From Ranitomeya imitator (Eukaryota), in the NCBI RefSeq assembly GCF_032444005.1, contig NC_091290.1, forward strand, positions 32,860,001-32,924,000: 64,000 nt of DNA, in the 5' to 3' direction. Shown here piece by piece: positions 37,801 to 47,218 of the stretch (the first letter of the stretch is position 1; every line of letters begins with the position of its first letter). The notes under the pieces are model-generated. The model was not told the origin of the DNA, did no database searches, and worked only from the letters and a program-made list of their open reading frames with translations. Both the position numbers and the translations under genes were made by a program.

Positions 37801-39938
37801 TGCCTGGGATGGTGCCGCACGGCTCCTGGACCTGAGTGCCAGAATCTGGTGACGCCCAGTGGCGATCTCGTCTATGCGGGTGATCACCATGGCGTATCCG
37901 TACGTCCAAGGTTAAGTACCAGCTGACCTGGATGTATGGATAGGGCCATGGTCGTTAAAGGGAGGGTGGTGCTCACAGGTTAATTATGCAGCTCATCCAA
38001 AAGACACGCCCCCATAAAATCCAAGCTCCGCCCACTCGTTAGAGACTAAGTAGCTCTAAATAAAAAGGTTCATATCTCTTCAGCCGTATCATAGATTTAA
38101 GAAAAACAAAAAATTGCATAGTTCAGAGAGCAGCTGGAGTAAAGTGACAAAAACTGGCCATTTTTGTACCTGGTGACAGGTCTTCTTCTTTTTTTAACGT
38201 TCTTTTCATCTCGCTGTGGAATGATGAGTCCTGATTTATTTTCAACTCTATTGAAATGTATCCTTTCTTATTTTGCTATATAGTTTGCGTCCTCTGATGT
38301 CAGACGAGCTGAACGGTTGTTTTTCATTGATATTTATTATCATGTTAATCGCTGACCTTCTTTAGTAAAAATCCGTATCCATGGGAACAAACTTATATGC
38401 ATTCGTTTTCTCCATGGTAACTGGTGCTCCCTAGCAACATTATAATTCATATTGTATCTCGGATTGCATCAACACATTTGTAGTTTGTGCCAATTGTTTT
38501 GTTAAATCGTTGGATCCCCACTGATCTTAGATTTATTACCTGCATCCTAAAAGCTGAAATGCTAATACCCCAAGATTGTACTCCCTTTTTATTTATTTTT
38601 TTTCTCTTTGCAGGTCAGGAGGTGGCAGGAATGGTGACACTGAAGCAAGTGTATGAGATTGCTGTTGTGAAGTCTCAAGATGAAGCGTTCATTCTTCGCG
38701 ATATGCCACTGATTGAAGTGGTGAAATCAATTATTGGCAGCGCTCGCTCACTGGGGATCAAAGTTGTTAAAGAGTAAGACATTTTTGTCCCTCAGCTGTT
38801 ACGACTGTGATGAAGGATGAGCTAGAGTGTTAACCATGACAATGTACTGTGCGGTGTTGCTGTGCAACCTGCAGCTCTCCAGCTTTCAACATGTCATGGC
38901 ATCCAGTACCTGTGAGGTTTTGGCTTCACTGCAGAAACATAGTTTTTAGCCCAGTACGGCTGGTTAGCCACACGTATTTAGCCTGCTACAGTCTCTGTTT
39001 AAACTCAATCAAAACTGATCGCTGCATCTAAAGTGTCACACCATCATTTGTGTCAATTTTCCCAAACACGAATATACATTCCTCTAAGTGATCGCTAATA
39101 TATAATTATTTACTCTCCTTTCCCGTTCTATAAATAAACAAAAAAGCATATTTGGTATTGCCTCGTCACTAAAAATCTTATCTTTCACAGAATGGTAAAT
39201 GTATTCTGTACGGTACAGAATTTATTTTATTTTTTTTAAGCACATGCTCAATTAAAGGTCTTGTTTAACACTACGTGTTTGTCCTACAAACTAAAGAAAT
39301 AAAAATTTTCTCGATGTGAAAAATATTTAGAATTGAGAGTCCTCAGTGGTTGATACCCTGTAATGGCTAACTGAAAAGATGGTAACAAATTGCAAGCTTT
39401 CGAGACTACACAGGTCTCTTCATCAGGCAAAGACTAATACAAATTCTGAAGAATCACATATTTATGCACAACATAGCACAGAAATAATGCAATAGATAAG
39501 ACAAGTGAAGTGAAGCAGAATTACCATTATAAACAGTTATGTCCATAAATATTGGAACAGTTCATAGATGAGGAGTATGAAAGTTTTATTGTCCTCTGAT
39601 TGGGGTCTGGTTCAGTGTTGTGATGCTCCCACAAGGTCCGAAGAGCAAATTCCATAATTGAGTTATGACTCGTGCAAGAAAGGAACAAATAATGAAAAGT
39701 GGTGGGAAGAGGTTAGTGTAGCTTGTCATTGTGTAGCAATTTAGCTTTTTTTCGGTATTAAAGTAAAATCATTGTGTGTGGCGGTATATTTTACCTCTCG
39801 TGGTTGACTGGTTCATGCTTTTGTCCTTACAGTCTGTCTGCAGAGGACTATGGAAAGTTCCTAGAAGAGCGAAAGGCTTTCCTTCAGGCTGCCGCAGAAG
39901 CTCGATTAGCAGAAGAAGCTGCCGCTAAGAAGAAATGA
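17752..39938 (+). CDS. MRPL11: Mitochondrial ribosomal protein L11 (uL11m), complete, 192 aa
   Basis: Exons 17752-17874, 19044-19139, 21390-21483, 38614-38773, 39833-39938 = 579 nt, all [17 protein letters not shown]...[27 protein letters not shown]...EEAAAKKK*. Confidence 0.97.
18290..18688. mobile_element. T2-like MITE
   Basis: AGGGAATCTGTCACCAGGTTTTTGCTATGTAA...TTACGTAGCAAAACC..CCCT|TTAA; a related copy lies near 41150-41550. Confidence 0.6.
19044..19139 (+). CDS. MRPL11: MRPL11 coding exon 2
   Basis: [32 protein letters not shown]|gtgagt. Confidence 0.95.
21390..21483 (+). CDS. MRPL11: MRPL11 coding exon 3
   Basis: [31 protein letters not shown]. Confidence 0.95.
22633..22815. mobile_element. 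hAT-type palindromic MITE
   Basis: CAGTG...CACTG TIRs; 8 bp flanks GTCTAGAC / GTATATAC. Confidence 0.75.
22856..23041. mobile_element. hAT-type palindromic MITE
   Basis: CAGTG...CACTG TIRs; 8 bp TSD CTTTAGAA / TTTTAGAA. Confidence 0.8.
24802..25315. repeat. 86 bp perfect inverted repeat with 342 bp spacer
   Basis: 24802-24887 is the reverse complement of 25230-25315. Confidence 0.9.
26697..27004. repeat. 26 bp tandem array in the DIRS B1 leader
   Basis: AAGTCCCCTGCGGCAGGCACATCCGT, about 12 identical copies. Confidence 0.97.
29099..30615 (+). pseudogene. DIRS B1 RT/RNase H/partial methyltransferase-like region
   Basis: [63 protein letters not shown]; frameshifted. Confidence 0.9.
32240..34790 (+). 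pseudogene. DIRS B2 RT/RNase H/MT/tyrosine recombinase region
   Basis: [49 protein letters not shown]; disrupted by stops and frameshifts. Confidence 0.9.
35361..36640. mobile_element. Interspersed AT-rich repeat, probably a non-autonomous DNA transposon
   Basis: Internally duplicated blocks (CCAAAATTTGT..CAATTTC..GAGTATG..ATACCCC); family assigned from recollection only. Confidence 0.4.
38614..38773 (+). CDS. MRPL11: MRPL11 coding exon 4
   Basis: [25 protein letters not shown]...[14 protein letters not shown]. Confidence 0.95.
39315..39665 (-). mobile_element. Penelope-like element terminal fragment
   Basis: Carries a minimal hammerhead in AT-rich non-coding sequence, as PLE termini do; limits approximate. 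Confidence 0.55.
39390..39430 (-). ncRNA. Minimal type I hammerhead ribozyme
   Basis: UUGC CUGAUGA A GAGAC-CUGUGUA-GUCUC GAAA GC UU GCAA: stem I 4 bp, stem II 5 bp, palindromic AAGCUU helix III. Confidence 0.7.
39833..39938 (+). CDS. MRPL11: MRPL11 coding exon 5 (stop)
   Basis: [34 protein letters not shown]. Confidence 0.93.
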
Positions 39939-40071
39939 TGTCCCTAGAAAGAGGGGAGATTATGAACATTTTAGGAACTTTAGATACATTTTGAAGAATT
40001 TAAGATCCTGGGGGGAAAAAAATTCAGCCTTTTGTGCATCACTGGCCACTTTTTTTTTTTTTTGTCTCTAA

Positions 40072-40642
40072 TGGGAACCTGACGCCCCAAAATTGAAGGT
40101 AAGCTAAGCCCACCAGCATCGGGGGCTTATCTACAGCATCCTGAAAAATGAGAAAAAGAGGTTAGATTATACTCACCCAGGGGCGGTCCCGCTGCTGTCC
40201 GATTCCGATGGGCGTCGCAGTCCGGGGCCTCCCATCTTCATCGGATGACGTCCTCTTCTTGTCTTCACGCTGCGGCTCCGGTGCAGGCGTACTTTATCTT
40301 TCCTGTTGAGGGCAGAGCAAAGTACTGCAGTGCGCAGGTGCCGAGCCTCTCTGACCTTTCCCGGCGCCTGCGCACTGCAGTACTTTGCTCTGCCCTCAAC
40401 AGGGCAAATTACACCTGTGCCGGAGCCGCGGCGTGAAGACAAGAGGAGGACATCATCATATGAAGATGGGAGGCGCTGGACCGCGACGCCCATCGGACCA
40501 GAACCGGATCGGACTGCCCCTGGGTGAGTATAATCTAACCTTTTTATCATCTTTCAGGATACATCGGGGGCTTATCAACAGCATTACAGAATGATGTTGG
40601 TGGGCTTAGCTCGCCTTCGATTTTGGGGGTGACAGGTTCCCT
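40072..40642. mobile_element. 571 bp whole-length palindromic T2-like MITE
   Basis: GGGAACCTG...CAGGTTCCCT|TTAA; arms pair imperfectly throughout; central 42 bp arms (40302-40343 / 40362-40403) have one G-U difference. Confidence 0.85.
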
Positions 40643-40958
40643 TTAATAGCCATTCAAGAAAATGTTTTATATACCAAAGTAATGACCTGGTAAAAGATGT
40701 CAGGGGTGCCTGTTATATGGTGTACAGTTACCATAGGGAACTGACTTTTATATTTTTTGCTTTATTACAACAAAATTCAAAAGTAATGTCACTACACAAA
40801 GCAACTTATCTACAATTACCTCAAGAATCTTTTTCATATTTTTACAAAAATAGTAGGATTTCTGGTTACTTTCCCATAAACAGATAATCTGCCACACCCT
40901 CACTAACTATTCTGCCCATTCTGGTGATTTTTTTCTTACCTCCCCCAAACTCACTGAA

Positions 40959-40964
40959 AATAAA
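40959..40964 (+). terminator. Candidate MRPL11 polyadenylation signal
   Basis: First AATAAA I could find after the stop codon; usage not shown. Confidence 0.35.
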
Positions 40965-41769
40965 GCGACTTTCACACCTGTGTTCTGATCCGTTGCATAA
41001 CTGATACAAACAGATTCTGGGAGACCCCATTTATTATTATTGGGTTTGTTCTGTTATATGTCTTCTTCTTTCTTTTTTTTTTTTTAACAGAAAAAAAAAT
41101 GCAACAAGTAGAACTTTTTTTTTTTCCATTGATATTAAAAGAGAACATATAGAATCTGTCAGCCGGTTTATGCTATTCAATCAGAACATATAGAATCTGT
41201 CAGCCGGTTTATGCTATTCAATCAGAGAGCAGCATATAGTTGGGGCAGAGAGCCTGATTGAAGGGATATGTCAATTGCTCAGCAGCTTGCTATAGTTTCA
41301 ACACAAACGGTGTTTTATCAGCAGGAGATGATCACTGAAGACTGTGTCCTGTGCAAGTCAGTCCAGCTTTTGTGTGCATCCCCGCCACCACCACTGATGG
41401 ACAGTGTACACAGAAAGCTGCCAATCAGTGTTGGTGGGGCTATACACAGCTCAGCATTCATAGCACTACTGCAGTTTGCAATGGATAAGGTTAGCACATT
41501 AATTCCATCTGTTTTGTTTCTTAAAATGAAAAGTGTGACTGTAGCCTAATAATAAAATATGTTTACAAATGAAAACTGTTGAATGTTGGGGGATGGGAGT
41601 GCCAGGCCTATACATGCACCTGCCTCTAGGAGACTTAAACCAGGCCTAAAATGTGTGAAGAGGTCACATACAAATTACCTCTTCAGAGAGGAAGAAGACT
41701 TGCACTCTAGTGCCACCTAATGGAAGTAGCAATTCTAAAAATCAATATTGAGGCTTACTACATAACTTA

Positions 41770-41952
41770 GGATAAAAGCCAAACCAGAATCGTTATTTGC
41801 AGAAACATGTTTTGAGGCGTTGCCCCTCCTCAGTGCAAAGCAAGACCATTGCACCATGGTCAGAAACCTCTCATAGAACCAAATCCGATTTCCTGCTTTG
41901 CACTGAGGAGGTACCAACACCGTGAAACACGTGTCTGGGCTTGGCTTTTATT
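41770..41952. ncRNA. Inverted pair of decayed hammerhead motifs (PLE-type)
   Basis: Minus 41798-41837: UGCA CUGAGGA GGGGCAACGCCUC AAAA CAUGUUUC UGCA. Plus 41899-41939: UGCA CUGAGGA GGUACCAACACCGU GAAACACGUGUC UGGG. Confidence 0.55.
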
Positions 41953-42280
41953 CCAGGTCATGTGGCAAGGCTCGATAAAGGGTTGATTTTGAGATTGCTA
42001 CTACAAATAGATGACAATTTGCATATTTAATTACCACAATAGAGCATTGCACGGCCTATAAGTCTCATTACATCGGCATCTCGGCCATGTCACTCTCCAC
42101 TAGGAGAGATGTTACTCCATAGACCACAATGAAGAGGTGATAAGTAGCAGAGCCATCCTGTTTGTAGGTATGGTCAAGAAAAGGTGTAACTATTCAAAAA
42201 GGGAAAATTATTGCATTGTTTCTTGGCTGGTAGTTCGTGGAGGGGGGGTGGTGGAAATTGAAGTTCTGGGTACAACTAGG

Positions 42281-45200
42281 TTTTATCTATCGCCTCTCAT
42301 TGGGGGACACAGGAACCATGGGTGTATGCTGCTTCCACTAGGAGGCTGACACTATGCACAAAAAAGTTAGCGCCTCCTCTGCAGTGTACACCCCACCGAG
42401 AGGAAGTAGGATATTCAGATTAGCTTAGTGTCAGTAGGAGGTAGACACAGGTCTTTCATTAGACCCTTATCTACCTCAATGTGCGTCGTTTCTTTTCAGG
42501 TTTTCCGGAGGGATACAGGGTGAGCAGTCACACCTGTACTCCCACAATGCGGACTATGAGTACGGCGTGTACTGCCACCCCGTATCCTCATAGATCCGAC
42601 AGCAAGACCATGATCCTAGCACACAAGCGTGCTCAGAAGTCTGGTCCTAGCTCCGTCCCCCACCCAATCGCCCACCAGAGCCTGTCGGTTGGAGGAGACG
42701 AGGATGTCCACCAGCAAGTTCTGGATGTCTTTTTTTGCATTCCGGAATAATGAGGCATATTTCTCCTTTTCCTCAGGTCTTTCCGGAAGAAGATATACAG
42801 ATGAAGAAGGTGAGTATTTAGAAGGTGCCCCATCTATTTCCCTCAGGACCTTTAGGTTAGGGTTTCCCTTTAGGGAGGTGGGGGGCCTTTTCCTAGGGGA
42901 AATACCAGGGCTTTCTGCAGGACTTTTAGCCCAGTTCAGGCCCCCTCTATACCCCCCCCCCCCCCAGTCTGGACGCGGGCATCGGCGCTTGAGGGGCTAC
43001 CTTTTCAGAGGCACAGGTGTGACGTTCGCTGCGGGAAGACTTATTCGCCTCCTCCTATCATTCAGGCGGTCGCCGGTTTCTCATTTAGGCCCCGGCTTCT
43101 CGGGTCTACTCCGGCGCGATGGCTGCCGGGTTCCAATCTAGGCCCCGGCTTCTCGGGCCTACTTCGGCGCGGCGGTCGCCGGTTTCTAATTTAGGCCCCG
43201 GCTTCTCGGGCCTACTCCGGGGCAGTAACTCCGCCCCCCATTTGCTGAACTCCTTCCTGCAGCGGTGCCTAGCTCCGCCCCATAGCAGTGCTTGCATCTG
43301 GCGCCATATTGGTTCCCCTGGTGTGCGTGCTTGTCTCCTCCCACTTCCCAGCCACCGCTCTCTCTACAGCCGGCGCCATCTTCCTGCCTGAGGCTTGCGC
43401 TGTCGGCCCCGTTCCTCTTCCGGCTTTAATGAGCGGGCCTTTTGCCCTCCCGCCCTTTTCCCTGCAGCACGCCTTTTTTGTTTCCTCTGGCGTCGCCATG
43501 GGTCGTCGCATCCAGCGGTGCATCTGTCTGCAGGACCTGCTCCTCTACAGCCTGGAAGCTACAGGACATCTGCTGTGAGTATATCTGCACAAGAGACTGA
43601 CACTCCCCTCTGCTTCCATCCCCTAAGCCTCTGGAACTATGTCTAATTCTAAGGGAGAACGCTCCCGTCCTCCTGCTTCTTCTATCTTGGTCCGTCACTT
43701 TGTACGTTCGCCCTACATAGCAGACTTCCCTCCCTCTGTCAGGACTGCAACAGCGCCACGGTGTCCACTGCCCTCGACACCCCTGCTGTCCGAGGGAGTG
43801 AGTTCCCTATCCCAGGGTGGGTCTCCTCTCTGTCCCAATCCCTGCGATCTCACCCGAGTGCCTCAGACCCTAGTATCTGTGCTTGATAGGTTGCCCCTGA
43901 CGACTTCCGCTGTGGCTAGCGGGTCACAGGAAGCTCCGTCCGAGCCTACCAATATTGGCCGCATAGGATCTAGACAGGAACGCCGGTCTGAGTTGTTTTT
44001 TTCAGTTTTTCTCCCCCGAGTCAGGTGAAGCGTTCTCTGATGCGCCTTCGGAAAATGTTTTGAAGCTGGATTCTAACCAAATCGCTAGCATGAGGGATAT
44101 GGTTCAGAATCTCATTGCTGCAGTTAACCAGACCTGTGGCATCAAAGACTCCACTATGGAACCCGCAGATCAGGCGGTTTTGTTTAGACGGTCCAAGCCA
44201 CCTTCCAAAGTTTTCGCCCCTCATTCTGAATATGAGGAGCTAATGGCCAGAGAAAGAGAGAATCTGACCAGACGCTTTCAAAGAGGACAGCGCCTCGGCG
44301 TGTTATAACTTTTTTTTTCCCCGGAGCACCGCCAACTGGACAGCTCCCTCCGTGGACCCGCCAGTCTCCAGACTATCTACCTACACAGTCCGGCCCTCTT
44401 CCTGGAGCGGCATCTTTGAAGGAATCTAATGGTAGCCTTTAGAATCCTTTGTGAAGTCAGCCTTCGAAGCGGCTGAGTCCACTTTTTGCCCGGCTTTTTC
44501 CTCCTCATGGGTTTCAAAGTCTGTGGCCAAATGGTCAAAGCAACTCCGTCAAGGCATTCTGGCTGGGCCCAACCAGAACAGCTAGCTGAGCTTGCCAACC
44601 AGATTTCTCACGTAGTGAGTATTTGGTCTCTGCCTCCCAGGATGCCGTGTCTCGTGCAGCTCAGGCATCCAGCAATGTCGTTGCCATCCGCCGAACAGTT
44701 TGGCTTAAGGCCTGGCAAGCGGACCTGTTTCTAAGAAGTCCCTTACCACCTTGCCCTTTCAGGGATCGCGTCCTTTGGTTCTAGACCGGACCAAATTATT
44801 AAGGACGCGACTGGGGGGGACAAGTTCCCTTTTCCCCAATCCAAACCTCGTCGACCTCTTCCTCTACAGCAGAGGTCGCAAGCGCGCCAAGATCGGAAGA
44901 AGTTTTCCTTTAGGCCCACTTCTTCCTGGCTCTCCCGCTATGGAGGATGCATGGGTCAGGGAAGTGGTATCCTCGGGATACAAAATCGATTTCGTTTTAG
45001 CCCTGGGATCGCTTTCTTCGAATCTCGCCCTCCAAAAGACCCGACTTTGCTTCCGGGTTTCCTTGCAGTCATCGTCTCTCTCCTCAGCGCGGGGGTAATT
45101 GTTCCTGTTCCAGAAAGAGAAGGATTTTCAGGCTTCTACTCGGACCAATTCCGGATCTCAAGTTACTGAATAAAAGGGTTCGCCTGCGACTTTCAGAATG

Positions 45201-47218
45201 GTATCCCTTCGTTCGGTAATCACTTCCATGGAGGCATAGGAATTTCTGTACTCCATAGACATTCTGGACGCCTATTTTCATGTCCCTATATTTCCAGGAC
45301 TTCACAGATTCCTGCGTTTTGCGGTACATCCGGAGCATTCCCAGTTTGTCGCCCTGCCTTTCGGTCTCGCAACCACTCCCAGGGTCTTTACAAAGATCAG
45401 GGCAGCCTCGCTGGCCATCTGGAGGGTCAGAGGTCTGGTACTTGTTCCATACCTCGATGATATTCTCTTCAAGACTCCATCCTTTTCTCAGGTCCAGGAA
45501 AGCTTGTCCATCGTTCTCGACACCCTGTCCCGTTTCGGGCGGCTTGTCAACAAGAAGTCTTGCCTTATTCCGACTCAGCACCTCGTGTTCCTAGGCATGC
45601 GGTCCGACACCTGTCGAACCAGGAATTTTCTTTCCGAGGCGAAGTGAGCTTCGCTCTGCCGGAAAATTCGCTTGTTTCAGGGTACCCAGCTTCCATCCTT
45701 CAGAACGGCCATTAAGGCCCTGGGAAGAATGGTGGCAACATCACAGCGATCCCCTTTGCTCAATTCTACTCACAACCTCTTCAGCAAGCGATCCTTTGGC
45801 AGTGGGATAAGTCTGTCCTTTCTCTGGATCGTCCAACTCGTCTTTCGCCCTGAGCCAAACAGTCCCTCAATTGGTGTCTGACGTCTCCTCTCATCTTCCT
45901 AGGTCGGTCCTTCCTTCCGTTCCTGGCAGGTTGTGACGACTGATTCCAGCCTTCCCGGCTGGGGGGGCGGGTTTTCGTCCCCGGACTTTCCGGGGACGTT
46001 GGCCGGCGCTGGAGTCTTCGCTGCCGGTCAACGTCCTTGGAATACAGGCCTTTTTACCTGTCCCTCCTTCACTAGGAGAGACTTATCATGGGTCTACCAG
46101 TCCGAATTCAGACGGATAATGCCACGGCTGTGGCATATGTCAAACACCAAGGAGGGATTCGGAGTTCCTTGGCGTTTTCCGAGGTCTCCAAGATCCTCCT
46201 TGGGTGAGGTGACTGTTTTCCAGCGACATCCGCGGTGCATATTCCCGGTGTAGACAATTGGTCCGCCAACTTCCTCAGCCGCAAGGGCCTTGCGGCAGGG
46301 AAATGGTCCCTGCGTCAGGTGGTCTTCCAGCAAATTTGCCTTCTATGGACGCCGGATGTGGACCTCATGGCGTCCCGCCTGTATAGGAAGGTCCCTCGTT
46401 TTCGTCTCCAGATCCCGCGATTCTCTCGCGGTGGGTGCCGACGGATTTCAAGGCGACTATTGCTCGCTGGATCAGAACGGCAATTTTGGAGGCTTATCGG
46501 GTCAAGAACAGAGTGCCCCCTCCTGGGATAAAGGCTCATTCTACCCGGGTAGTCGGCGCTTCCTGTGCGGTACGCCACAGGTCTTTGTTTTGCAAAGCAG
46601 CAACCTGGTTTTCCATCCACACGTTCGCCAAATTTTACGAGGTCCATACCTATGCTTCGGGGGACGCTAGCCTGGTCAAAAGGATCCTGCAGGCGGCAGT
46701 GGTGGGTCCTCTGACCTGATGGAAGTCTGTTTTTCCCACCCCAGGGACTGCTCTGGGACGTCCCATGGTTCCTGTGTCCCCCAATGAGAGGCGATAGAGA
46801 AAACAGGATTTTTGGTTGCTTACCGTAAAATCTGTTTCTCGGAGCCTTCATTGGGGGATACAGCACCCTCCCAAGTTGAACAGCCCTGTTTAGTGTGTTA
46901 TACTGTTAAAGAGTGTTCAAAGAACTCAAAGTTGAGTGTTTGAAACTGTTAATCGGTGGAGCGCTGTGGAATTTGTTGGCGCTATATAAATAAAGATTAT
47001 TATATTCTTCTTTTACACGTTGCTTCTCCTACTGCTTTCTCACTAACTGAATATCCTACTTCCTGTCGGTGGGGTGTACACTGCAGAGGAGGAGCTAACT
47101 TTTTTATTTGCATAGTGTCAGCCTCCTAGTGGCAGCAGCATACACCATGGTTTCCTGTGTCCCACAATGAAGGCTCCAAGAAACAGATTTTACGGTAAGC
47201 AACCAAAAATCCTGTTTT
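42281..47218 (+). mobile_element. DIRS1 retrotransposon C, 4.9 kb, internally deleted
   Basis: Matching ITRs, ICR 46762-46864, GTTTT at both ends, gag/RT/RH relics; jumps from MT to the YR C-terminus (KAHSTR) at ~46440. Confidence 0.9.
43065..43225. repeat. 53 bp tandem repeat, three copies, in the DIRS C leader
   Basis: TAGGCCCCGGCTTCTCGGG recurs at 43086, 43139 and 43192. Confidence 0.85.

Noticed and set aside
42629-43141. 170 aa ORF in the DIRS C leader
   Set aside because: No motif recognised; partly built from the 53 bp repeat and a poly-C run
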